This document shows, one piece after another, positions 12,130-23,990 of a stretch of DNA of 64,000 nucleotides. The notes beneath the pieces were generated by a model. The model was not told where the DNA came from and searched no databases. It was given only the letters and a program-made list of their open reading frames with translations. This DNA is from Callorhinchus milii (Eukaryota). Both the position numbers and the translations under genes were made by a program. The stretch's first letter is position 1; the number at the start of each line of letters is the position of its first letter. The stretch lies in contig NW_024704742.1 of NCBI RefSeq assembly GCF_018977255.1, positions 39,806,001 through 39,870,000 of the forward strand, in the 5' to 3' direction.

Positions 12130-12334
12130 AATAATAATAATCCTTGTATTCGATATGTCGCCTTATCCATATCCGAGACGTCTCAAATTTGAACACTGTT
12201 GTGCACAATTGGCTACTGCGTTTCGCACACAAAATACACAGTCAATTCACTTTACAGTATATTCTGTGAAGTGTTTTGAGACATCTCAAAGACGTGGTAA
12301 GGCGCTACATCAAATGCAAGGATTATTATTATTA
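12130..12334. mobile_element. Two SINE 3' ends joined in opposite orientation
   Basis: Minus-strand tail 12130-12187 directly abuts a plus-strand 3' half 12188-12334. Confidence 0.75.
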
Positions 12335-15300
12335 TATTTTAGCTGCCAGTAGTAATCTGTATTTCAGTGACTGGAATTGAATGGCTGATGTTGCTCTTCA
12401 GACCTGTACAGACAATCAGCTTCCCTATCCTTTCAATACAGATGAAGGCCAGCAACATAGCTAATATATGGAGCAATAGTGTTTGCTTTACTAGCCAGAC
12501 AGAAATAGCAAACATAATTGATCATTCTGGCAAGGAAGTTTAACATGGATATATTCAATTACCCTACCTGAAGATCTTTAATGCACATATTGCTGGCAAG
12601 CGATTGAGAGTTTGGCAATCAAGGCTGGAGGGGCTTAGATACAATAAAAAATAAGTTGAAGAGAAGATAAAAGAAAAGCAGACCGGCTATCACCACACAT
12701 GACAACAGACTGGATTTTTATTCCAAATATGGTCACAAAGGTCTAAAATGTAACTTTAACATAGAGTTCTGTATCTCTCTCTACTATAAATAGTTAATTT
12801 GTGAATGATGAGAACCTCCTTTTTTTCGTCTACAGTATGAATGTAACTCTAATTTTGCTAAAGTTTACAATGCTCCACATTAATCTCAGGCTGACTTAAC
12901 CCTCTATCTCAGGCCTCGCCTCAAAAATATTCTGACTGGATGTGGGCAGATTTCAAACTTCTTCAAGGAAATCTTAGTTCCATCTTGTTTGGGAATCCCA
13001 GGGTTTCTTCAGGAGTTTTATAAAGCACCACAGGATGTATAGTACTGCACCTGAGTCAGAGGCTGTATTTCATAAGCATTTGCAATGTAACTAAGCATCT
13101 GCATTCATCACCAGGCCACTGCCCTCATTCGTGGTAGTTGCTGATTCTTGAGGATGCATTAATAGTGAGCATCTTCCTGGTCTGGCATTTTATGTGGTGT
13201 TGATGGTTCCTGCTGGATCATTGAGCTCATTGCTTGCAAGTGGAGAAAAAGCTGCAGCAGTGTGTGTTTGTGTGTGTGGGAGGGTGTTGAACTGAATGAC
13301 TTTGACTTTGTACGATAAGGCCACATCTCTGCTCTCTAATGTCTGCTGTGCCATTCTGCATATCCTTGAATATCAAGTCATTGTCCACATTTCCTTGGCA
13401 TGTATCATAAATATTTGAGGGTGATCAACAAAAGTCTCTTACAGACACATCGTACATCCAGAAATTGTACATTTCATCTCCAAGTGAAGATAAATAAGGT
13501 GTGCACTGTTACCAGAATCCACTCTCCATTGGTTTTCCCCTCTAATGGAAAATCTTTCAAAGTCCAAATTTTTCATATCAGTTCATAAATTGATATATTT
13601 ATGTCTCTTAGGAAGCTATTTAAAATAACACATTTCATCATACCAATAATTAAAGAGCGTGTTAGTTAAACTCTTAAATATATAACACCAGAAATTATGG
13701 TGTTAACTGCAACCTTTAGCATTTGATTCATAAGATTTCAAATTGTATGGAGCACTGGCAGCTGGAATACTAGAGCAATCTAGGAGACCTGAGCTCAAAA
13801 CTTTGTTTGAACTAATAATGGTATTTGGCATTCCCCTGGGAGAGGAAGGGGAGAAGGTGATTATTACCCATCTGAGATACACTGAATAGGGTGGACAGGA
13901 ACAGCTGGTAAATTGAGGGGCCCCGCTTCGCACCCACCAAGTGTCTGGCAGGTCAACCAAGATGTTGACAGCTTCCATGGAGCGATCCGTGTATCATGAG
14001 GGCCACACGGCCAGCCAGATGATGGAGAATAACACGAATTTAGCAAGGCAACTTGGATGAGGTAGAAAATTAGAAAAATAAACAAAAGCAGTATATCATC
14101 TCATCACACAAAATTCAAAGGAAGTCAAATTTCAAGAGGAAAGACTTTAGAAGAAATTTGAAAGAAATACGCAAAAATTCGAATCCAGTTCTTCAGATTA
14201 ACTTTTTTAAACTTACCAAGTGAGTTGTTTGATGAGTTTTGCCAGTCACCCATATTATTCCTTTATGGAACTATTAAGGGTGCAGTCAGTAGCAGAGGGT
14301 TACAAGCCACCCAGTGTGTTTGACAAGTATTCACAAACATCCCCTTCTGCTGTTCAAATGGAGTGCTTTAAAACAAGCTTGTGAATGGAATTATTTGGCA
14401 AAGCTAAGGCAGTCGCAAAGAATACCAGAATTGCAGTTGTTGATTCATGGTAAGTTTTGCCTAAAAAAAGTAATTACAACAAAACTACAAACAAACCAGA
14501 TGAAGTGAGCATTAGCTGTTTCAGTGACAGCTCAGAAAGTGCTTTGCCTTTCCTGTGTGTCATGGGCCTGATAAGACATACTTGGCGTAAGTGAGGTGGA
14601 ACTGGAATTCAGGCACATTGGGGTTTCATGGCAGGGAGAATACAACAGGAAAGCAGCTGAGTACATAGAAAGTAAAGAGAAAACCAAAACATACCAAATC
14701 CCTATTGTCCACTGTTTAGTCTTTCTATGCCTTTCTATGCCTGCCAAGCAATCTCTGCTGTCTTCTATTTCTGATATCACTTGACCTTGAATTCTGTTCC
14801 ACCACTAGTTATGTTAGGATTACGTCCTTGGTATTAGTCCTTTATGCATTAAAATTATTCAACCCATTTAAAATGAGAATGACATCTTCATTTACATTAG
14901 GAAAATCAACAACATAACAACTTGCATTCAAATAACGCCCTTCATGTGGGGCAGCGTTTTGGAGTGTTTAAGTCATTTTATTGGTACATAATAAAAATCT
15001 TTTAAAAAGATTCCAGCAAAGAAATGATACTTCCAACATCAAGTTAAATATAAAACAACTGATTTATGTTTAAAACCCCAAAACTAAAAAGGTAATTGGG
15101 TTGAATAAGTCCTTGTCGGGAAAATAGAAACATAAGCAATGTCTTGATATCAGAAAATGGTGTATCTAATATCAGGACAAATTGTATCCACTTTAGGGAA
15201 CCCCCATGTACATTACACTGACCCATGAGATCTCAACCCCAACATAAGATGACACGTTGTTGCAGAGACCTGAACATACGATAGTACCTCTAATTCTCAA

Positions 15301-16089
15301 TCCATTGTACGGTCTGCCCGAGAAGGGATTTGTTTGTAGAGCTTCCATAAAAAAATACTAAATGAGATATACAAGGAAATAAACCACAGAAACATTTCAA
15401 GCGCATATGGGAGACTGCCTAGAGGAAGTAAAGAATCAGAAGACAATGAACTAGAGGCAGGGGAATGAATCTACTGAAAATAGGAGCTCAGCAAATTTTT
15501 ACAGAACACATAATAATAGGAAAGGAATCCAATGAGCAAGATAATGTGGATGCAACAAATTATAGTCTGAAATAATTACCCTGCTTGCTGTTGGTCTGTA
15601 CCTGGTTGAGTCAACCAGTTGGTTCTGCAAAAAGGCGACTTGCAAATTCAAACTACAGGGATTCATGACCCGTATCGAAAGAAATTAACATAAAACTATC
15701 CATAGTCCAATAAATATTGATCAGGATTCTTACCAAATGTCATTAAATATCTCTACAGCTGTTTGCCCAAGGTACAAGATCAGATCAAAGTACTCTAGCA
15801 TGCTAAGGATAAGAAAAAGTCTTGTTTTTAATTTAAAAAATCCTTTCCCTTGTATATAAGTACAGATGTTAATTTATAGATATATATACACACATAATCC
15901 TTTTCTCTACTCATATAAGTACCAAAATTAGAGAACAAAACACTGGGCTCAAAACACTTATGTTACTCATGGTTAAAGGAATTAGTAACCAAACAAAAAT
16001 AATCCAAGAATTGAAAACGCAGAGTAAGATCTGGTTGTACAAACAAGCTATGAAATATCTTGAGTGCCCATAAGCCAAATGTCAACTGC

Positions 16090-16410
16090 ATAGAATCACT
16101 TAGAATGTTACAGAATGGAAACAGGTCATTCAGTCCAACTTCTATGTGTCATTGTATATATTTCACATGACCCTCCACCCTTTTTATTCCCCGCTACTAT
16201 ATCCCTCTATTCCCAAATTTTCTCAAATACATTGATCATGATTTCTGCTTCAAACACAGATTCTGGAAGTGAGTTCTACATTCTCCTCACCCTTTGCATA
16301 AAGAAGTTCCTCCTGAACTCCCCTTTAGATCTGCTTATGGCAATCAGTATTCTTATGCCCCCTTGTTTTGGACTCACCAACAAGTGGAAACTGCTGATTA
16401 ACATTTACCT
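16090..16410 (-). mobile_element. CR1 LINE 3' end fragment
   Basis: Reverse complement resembles the CR1 end at 22860-23150. Confidence 0.7.
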
Positions 16411-16609
16411 TAACATCCAGTCTATAAGGATATTGACAATAACTGACCCACGTTATTTTATGAAATGAAATAGGAATTACACATCAAATTGGATTAATAT
16501 ATATACGTGCAGAGCACAATGGAACACTGTATGGTCTCACTCTCTAATCAGTGATTCCATACCTACAACTATGCAGAAAAAGTTTAAAATAATACATTTG
16601 TCCCCTGGC

Positions 16610-16830
16610 CAACAGGTGAGTTTCAGCCTTTCTGCCCTTCCCCTTTGGAACTCCATTGTGGAATCTCTTGACTCACTCCTCTATCACCTGGTTTAAGGTC
16701 CACCTGTCTTTCCCCTCCCCACCTCCCTCAACTCTAAATCTCAGCTCGAGTGCTCAGCCAGTACTGTTAAGCATTTTGGGATGTTCCCCGATATGAAAGG
16801 TGCTGTATAAATGTAAATTTGTATTGTATA
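16610..16830 (+). mobile_element. L2 LINE 3' tail
   Basis: TTTCAGCC..CTTTGGAACTCC..GTTAAGCATTTTGGGATG..GAAAGGTGCTGTATAAATG. Confidence 0.7.
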
Positions 16831-16999
16831 TTTTGCACAACAAATTTCTTAATATGAAATTTGAAATAGTCAAATTTTGAAACCATTAATCTTCAGTATT
16901 TTAGAAATATTATCATTACCATCTTACATTAGAAGGAGATGGATCAAAAAGGCCACTGATCCATGCTTCCAGGGATATCAGGTCACCTCTAACATCACC

Positions 17000-17170
17000 T
17001 CTCAGATAGTAAAGATGCACTAAAGAGAAAGCTAGATATATGCATCAGAGAGAATAAAAGGGTAATGGAAAGAGTAAAGAGTGGATGGAGACTCATGTGG
17101 TGTATAAACACCAGCGTTGACTAGTTGGGCCAAATAGCCTGTTTCCGTGCTGTACAATCTATGTACAATT
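17000..17170 (+). mobile_element. CR1 LINE 3' tail
   Basis: CTAGTTGGGCCAAATAGCCTGTTTC matches 23110-23135. Confidence 0.7.
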
Positions 17171-18189
17171 AGATCAATCTTAATTACTTCCTTTGTGTTT
17201 CACACATACAGCCTTATGCCAAAGGAGCCACTTCCTTTGCAAAGTGACATCAATGGAGTTCCCTGCATGTAGCACGCATGTGTAGCACGCAGGAAGTAAT
17301 ATCTATATTGTTTTTATGCTATGTGATGTATGTTGCGGGAACCAGACAGTCACCACTGGAAATTAGAAATCTACTGCGCTTCCAGTATAGCACAGGTCCA
17401 CAGTACAGCCTCAGGGCAGTATAAGTGGACCCATGGTAAACCGACAGTGTTTGGATGGTGTTATCAAAGGCTTCCAAAACACATTCACATTGCTGGATGG
17501 GCACTCAAAATTTGTCACAGTAAAATCCAAAATGTTATCCTCTATCTACATTCAACAACCAAGCACAGTACAGTGTACATACTGTATTACTATCATTAAG
17601 TTGAAACATCACAGAAAATACCACTCTCATGTCTAATCTTCCTCACACGTGCATATGTGAGATGCTTTCAATCAGGAATAAGGGTGTTTCGGTTATATTT
17701 TCTGAGTGTAAAGTATTCATTATGTTTTACATGGAAACTTGAACATAATGTGCCCCTCCCTTGAATTTTCCATGAGTTTCAATACTTATGTTCAATTTCC
17801 TGCAGCACAGTAAGTAGCTGGCCAAACGTTTTGTGTTGAGCGCTCTTGCTAATCCTGCAGGGCGGTTTCTTAGTTCTGGAACAAATTGTTCTGCTTATGA
17901 ATCAGATGTTTTATTTAATAAATGCAAGACTGTTTCAGTGCTTCACTTTTCTCCCTTTACTCCTGTTCTCATTCTTCTGCTACAGTGTTGACAGAAACAT
18001 TTATAAGTATCATCCCAACGGCACATTTTCCCCTTCATTGCCAAAAATGACTGTTTGGATTTCCGTCAATGTCCTGTGGGTTAGAATGTCAGTTTATAAT
18101 GATAAATAGCTTGTCCATAGAAGAAACAAATCATAACATGGGGAGGAAATGTCATCTTGTGTTCCTTGGCATACCTGGGCATGATTAGC

Positions 18190-18620
18190 TGTTAGGAGCA
18201 CAGGAACAAAAGTGAGTCATTCAGACTGTCAAGTCTATCCCTGCATATTTTAGATCTAGGCAGTCCTTTTAATCCCATCTCCTCATATTTTTCCATATCT
18301 TTAATAATCTCAATTTTCCAAGGATATACCTATCTCTTTTTTAATATCCTCTCAATTCATTCTACACCTAAGGACATTCCACATTCTCGCCACTCTTTTC
18401 AATGAAGGAATCCTTTCTGATTTTAGTTTTAACTGTTTTCAATCTAATTTAGAATTCCCCCTAACAGGGGAATCACTGATGGTGGTGCGGGTCACTTAAT
18501 GATATGAAGCAAGCCAGTGTTCAAGGCTAATATGTTCTTCCTAAGGTTTTTCATCCAAAATTGAATATAGTATTTCAAATGGAGTCAAACTAGCATGTTT
18601 ACAATACAACTTCCTTTTTT
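18190..18620 (-). mobile_element. Old CR1 LINE 3' fragment
   Basis: Degenerate similarity to the reverse complement of other CR1 ends (CATTCCACATTCTC, ATAGTATTTCAAATGGAGTC). Confidence 0.5.
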
Positions 18621-18769
18621 TGTCTGTTTTGACACATCACGGTATTATGTAAATAAATCTAGCAGGGATAGTCATGGATGTGGATGATTGTTTTCAGTAC
18701 AGTTTATAATCTGACAATGTCACAATTCATTGTAACCTCTTGGTTATTGGCTATACCTTGGCTATACCT

Positions 18770-19452
18770 CCCACCATACCCCACGTCCCATCCACCGTGG
18801 CGGTGGTGTAGCCCTCATCTCCAGAACCACACTTGCTCTATCTCCTTACCCCTCTGGCTCATTCCCTCATTCTAGCACCTTACACTCTACCATCCCTCCA
18901 ATCTCTCCCTCAAAATTCTCCTCATTTACCGCCCCCCACCCCCTTCATCTCTGACATCTCCACCCTCCTAGTTTCCCTCTGCCTCTGTTCTGAACATCTC
19001 CTCATCATCGGCGACTTCAACCTGCCCTTCACCCCTTCCTTCTCTATCTCCTCAGACTTCTCTCTCCTTTCCTCTCACAACCTCTCCCTCCACATCTATT
19101 CTGCCACCCTTGTTCGTGACCACACACACTCGACCTGGTGATTACCCAGGGCCGCAGTGTCTCGGATATCACATTCACAGACAAAGCAGCCGGCTTTTCA
19201 GCCTCTCTGGCCCCACTCTTTGGAATTCTGTTCCACAATCCCTTTGCCTTGCTCCGTCTTTTGCCTCCTTCAAGGCATGACTCAAGACCCTCCTTTTTGA
19301 CCTTGCCTTCAGCCGCCCTCCTACACCCACTCTGCCCTGCCTCATCCCAACTCTACCCCCAAGCTCGAGTCTTGATCCCTGACTGTTCAGCGCCTTGAGA
19401 CTTCTTCCCGACATGAAAGGCACTTTACAAACATAGTTTTGTTGTTGTTGTT
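18770..19452 (+). mobile_element. Internally deleted L2 LINE: AP-endonuclease relic joined to the 3' end
   Basis: RGGGVALI, HLLIIGDFNL and TLDLVI motifs of LINE endonucleases, followed by the L2 3' tail with (GTT)n. Confidence 0.8.
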
Positions 19453-19499
19453 ATTGCCACATTGCTTTTAATGCTCTGATATCAAGGTGGTCCTCATTG

Positions 19500-20910
19500 G
19501 ACAATAACAACAATGACAAGCAAAATTTCTATCTTGCATCTCAGAAGTGCCCCTCATGCAGAGCAGTGTCCCAGAGCACTTGATGGTGATGGAACATGGC
19601 AACTAGCCAGCAGGGGAGGGGGCGAAGAGGCAAAAAGGAAGGTCTTCAGGCATGATCTGAAGATGGGTATATAAGGAAAGGGCAAGATGGAGGGATAGAG
19701 GCAGAGTGTTCCAGAGTTTCAAGGCGTAGTGGCTGAAAGCGTGGCCACCAGTGGTGGAAGAGAGAGCATGAGGGACATGCAGAAGGCCACAGCCAGTCGA
19801 GCAGAGGCAGCGGGTAGTGGGTTGGGGGGGTCAATAGGTCAGAGAGGTAGGGATGTGCCAGGGCATGAAGCGATTTGAAAACAAGCGTGAAGATCTTGAA
19901 ATCGATCCATTCGGCAATGGGGAGGCAGTGGAGCCTAACTAGAACAGGTGTGATGGTGGTACAGAGTTTAGTAAGGGTGAGTATGCTGGTGGGGGAGTTT
20001 TGGATCAGCTGGATCCTGTGCATAGTGGAGCTGGGGAGACCGGTAAAGAGGGTATTTAAAAAGTCGATTCGGGAGGTGACTAACGCGTGGACAAGTGTTT
20101 CAGCTGCATCTGGGGTAAGGTACTGTCGAAGGCGGGTAATGTGGCGGAGATGGAGGAAGACGGTCCTGATCAGGGACCAGATGTGGGGAAGGAAGGACAG
20201 CTGGGGGTCAAACTTGTGAGTCTGAGGGATAGGCCGGGGAGGTTGAAGAGGTCAGAGCTGCAAGACAGAAGATGTTGATGGGAGCCAACGAGTATGGCTT
20301 CCGTCTTGTTAACATGTAGTTTTACAAAGTTTGCGCTCATCCAGGCCCTGTTGTCTGCCAGACAAGCTGGCAGAACATCAGCCACTGACAACTGAAGTTG
20401 CAGTTAGAGGAGAAGTAGGTGTTATCCGCATACATGTGGAAGTCGACTCCATGTCTGTGGATGACATCCCCAAGAGGGAGCATGTGGATGAAGAAGAGGA
20501 GGGGGCCAAGGATGGAGCCCTGGGGTACACCACAGGTGACTGGGTGGGGACAGGCGGAGAAACCATTTGAAGAGACAAAGTGAAGGCGCTTTGTTAGGTA
20601 AGTCGGACTCAAACCAGGCTAGTGCAGTCCCACTAAGGTAGATAAGGGAGGAGAGGCAGTGGATGAGGATAGCGTGGTTGACTGTGTCCAGGAGTCCAGG
20701 AGGACGAGGAGACAGAGGGAGCCCTGGTCACAGAGAGACAGAGTGTTGTTTGTGACTTGACAAGCATTGTGCCTGTGCTGTGGGCAGAGTGGAAACCAGA
20801 CTAAAAGGACTCAATGAGGGAATGGAGGGAGAGTTAAGAGCAAAGCTGGTTAGCAGCAACACGTTCCAGAACTTTGTCAAGGAAGGGCAGGATCTGTAAT
20901 TTGTAAGGTT
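19500..20910 (-). mobile_element. L2 LINE ORF2 (reverse transcriptase to 3' end), frameshifted
   Basis: [56 protein letters not shown]. Confidence 0.92.
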
Positions 20911-21377
20911 GTGTAAGCATTCCCACAATTCTGGATTGCTTGAGTTGACCAAAGGGTTGACTAAAGAAAAATTGTGGAGACTCATGGACATGTTTACTTC
21001 AGGAAAGCTGTATGTGCTTGAAAGCCAAGGACAGTGGGAGCATGTTTACAGAACAAAGTTTTCTTCAAAATCATCATTGGACAAAGACAAAGCTTTTGAA
21101 ATAAGCTGTTGGAATTTTGATAAAGTTTGTCCTGGTTTGCAGCCGCTGTTTTTAACAACACATTGAACAGAATGGCGTGTATGATCAAAAAGGTATAAAG
21201 AACCAGAGATTTTTTCAGTTATATCAGAAAAGAGAGAATGGAGCAGCTAATCCAACCAATCTGAAGGAAAGAGGATATACTGCAATCATCATGGATCAAA
21301 GCACGTTTACAAGCCAATTCCTACATCAAAGCCACTATATTGATCCAATTAACCCATTGAAGTGAACTTTACTACAT

Positions 21378-21524
21378 TGTCATAAGCATTCATTTGATTT
21401 GATGAAACGTATAACTTAGATATGCATTTCTTTACTAATCTTTTATTAAATGTTACTACTTATAAAGGAAGTTTGTGTCAGTTCGTACTTCATCGCAGGG
21501 TCACAAATTTAGTTAACTCTGACA
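21378..21524 (+). mobile_element. 3' part of an LTR (5' boundary uncertain)
   Basis: Ends in ..CTGACA two bases before a PBS; ATTAAA about 75 bp upstream; candidate TGTCA start at 21378. Confidence 0.5.
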
Positions 21525-21526
21525 AT

Positions 21527-21544
21527 TGGTACCTGAACAGGGAC
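21527..21544 (+). other. Primer-binding site complementary to the tRNA-Lys(UUU) 3' end
   Basis: TGGTACCTGAACAGGGAC versus canonical TGGCGCCCGAACAGGGAC: 15/18 matches, and all three differences are CpG-type transitions. Confidence 0.8.
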
Positions 21545-21759
21545 CCTGTAGTGTTGAAGTTGGACAAATATAAATTCTAACATCGTTTAGAAATTAAGTA
21601 TTTGTGTAAGTTGACCAGTTACGTTCCGTGAGTTGGTGGTTGGTGTGTGAGGCGATGCCAGTAACACTGACACATGGCACCTGTACTGATGTATACCTAG
21701 CAGCTATCTTCTGAGTGGCTGATCATCCTTGGGGGCTTCCTGGGCTCTATCTTTTCCCT

Positions 21760-22200
21760 CCTTATTAACTCTTTGATTCAAAAGAAAAGGAGGAAGAGGT
21801 TAGATTTAATTGAGAAGTTGGAACTTTAGGATGCCCTGACTGAGAGAACTCGAAAAAGGTATAGAGGCAGAAGTCCAAGTAAGGCAACTTCAGAATGCGC
21901 TGGCTGAGAGAGAAAAAGAGATTCAATTTCACCGAGAAACCATCAGCGAGCTTAGAGATACTATGGAAAAAGAGCTGGAGGAGAGGAAAAAAGATACTGA
22001 AATTTGCGAGAGAAAAACACACAGTTTAGGAGTTCACATCAAATATTATCAGGTACAGGCAACTGATATTAGAAGGCAAGCACAAGAATGGGGTGAAAGA
22101 AAAATGAATGGGTGAGAAATATGGAACAACTTAAACAACAGAAGAGTGATTTAAAAGGCATAATTAGAGTGCAAGCAGCCGTAGCAAAAGAAGATGAAGT
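21760..22200 (+). pseudogene. Decayed coiled-coil ORF, probably the gag N-terminus of the LTR element
   Basis: Stop-free frame 21840-22112 (LRELEKGIEAEVQVRQLQNALAEREKEIQFHRETISELRDTMEKELEERKK..); adjacent frames continue the heptad-like sequence; lies about 220-300 bp after the PBS. Confidence 0.5.
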
Positions 22201-22439
22201 GTGTATATGTTATGCATTTTGTAGTGCTTGGTTTTGCAAGTTTTATATCAAGTTGAACCAAATGGAAAAGGACTTCAATGGAAGGGTGGAGAGATGTGGA
22301 GGGAAGTAGTCCAGGCTGATGTACTTAAGATCGTCAGATTATTTGTGGTTTCATGTTTTCAACTAGCTGACATGTAGATTGTGCCCTGTACAAAAATGTC
22401 AAATACTGAATTGAACTATTTGAATATAATTCCTTTCCA

Positions 22440-23155
22440 GCAACTAAATGGGGTAGAGGAGCAAAGGGATCTTGGGGTATACATACACAATCCACTAAAA
22501 GTAGCAACACAGCTTAAGGCCATAAAAAAGCAAACCAGGCATTGGAGTTCATTTCTAGGATAGAAATGAAATGCAGGGAAGTTATGTTGAACTGCTACAG
22601 AACTTTGGTTAGACCACACTTAGAATACTGTGTGCACTTCTGGTCCCCACATTATAGAAGAGATGTAGAGGCACTGGAGAGGGTGCACAGGAGATTCACA
22701 AGGATGATCCCAGAACTATCAGGAAAGGCTGAACATACTTGGTCTCTTTTTTCTTGAAAAGAGGAGAGGAGGGGTGACCTGATAGAGGTCTTTAAAATGA
22801 TGAAAGGTTTTGATAGGGTAGACATAGAGAAGATGTTTCCAATTGTGGAAGAGACCTAAACCAGGGGCATCAATATAAAATAGTCACAAATAGATCAAAT
22901 AGGGAAGTTAGAAGAAATTTCTCCACACAGAGAGTAATGGGAATGTGGAACATGCTACCACAAGGAGTTGTTGAGGCAAACAGCATAGATGTATTTAAGG
23001 GAAAGCTAGATAGGTACATGAGGGAGAAAGGAATAGAAAGTTATGCTTGAAGGCTTAGTTGAGGAAGGGCAGGAGGAGGCTCATGTGGAGCATAAATACC
23101 GGCATAGACTAGTTGGGCCGAATGGCCTGTTTCTGTATATTCTAATGTATTCTAA
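22440..23155 (+). mobile_element. CR1 LINE ORF2 C-terminus and 3' UTR
   Basis: EEQRDLGVYIH, YRTLVRPHLEYCVHFWSPHY..LERVHRRFTRMIP; ATTCTA repeat tail. Confidence 0.92.
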
Positions 23156-23244
23156 CTACATAATGTAACAGTAATGCATCAACCCATAAAACAAGTTGTC
23201 TTATTGCTTAACCCATAAAAAAACTCACATGATTATTAATGTAG

Positions 23245-23990
23245 AATAACAACAACAACTTGCACTTATATCATGCCCTCCAAGCAGGGCAGCGTCTCAG
23301 AGCACTTAACAATGGCAGAGCCTGACTCCGAGTGGGGGGAGGTGACCGTGAGTACGATCAAAAAGGAAGGTTTTCAGGCGGGACTTGAAAAAGGGGAGCG
23401 AGGAGATGAGGCAGAGGGATTGAGAGAGAGTTTTTCACAGTTTTGGAGCATAGAGGAGCGCGTTTGAGGAATCCAGGCGGCAGGTGACAAATGCATGCAC
23501 AGGGTTTCAGCTGCATTTGGGGTAAGGTACGGTCGGAGACGGGTAATGTGGTGGAAGTGGAGGAAGGGATCCTGGTCAGGGACTAGATGTGGGGGAGGAA
23601 GGACAGCTGGGGGTCGAACCGGATGCCTAGATTGCGCACTGGTTCAGTGAATCTGAGGGAGAGCCCAGGGAGGTTGAGGAATTCAGATCCGCAGGAGTGA
23701 AGACATTGATGAGAGCAAAAGAGTATGGCTTCTGTCTTGTCCATATTCAGCTGCAGGATGTTTACACTCATCCAGGGCCTGATATCTGCCAGACAAGCTG
23801 ATAGAACATCAGCGAACCTGGAGTTGGTACTGGAGAAAGCAAAGTAGATTTGTGTGTCATCTTCATATATGTGGAAGTTTACCCCGTGTCTGCGGATGAC
23901 ATCACCAAGAGAGAGCATATAAATGAGGAAAAGACGGAGGCTAAGGATGGAGCCCTGGGTCACCCTGCAAGTGACCGGGCGGGGGCAGGA
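23245..23990 (-). mobile_element. L2 LINE RT/3' fragment with internal deletion
   Basis: QGSILSL.LFLIYM..FHIYEDDTQIY, NLGIRFDPQLSF; (CAA)n tail. Confidence 0.9.

Noticed and set aside
13080..13580. Possible decayed Harbinger-type transposase on the minus strand (WRVDSG, EMYN, LSYKVK)
   Set aside because: Motif resemblance is too weak and spread over several frames; needs a DDE_Tnp_4 profile search
15060..15720. Possible retroviral pol/env relic
   Set aside because: Purine-rich and coding-like, but no diagnostic motif found
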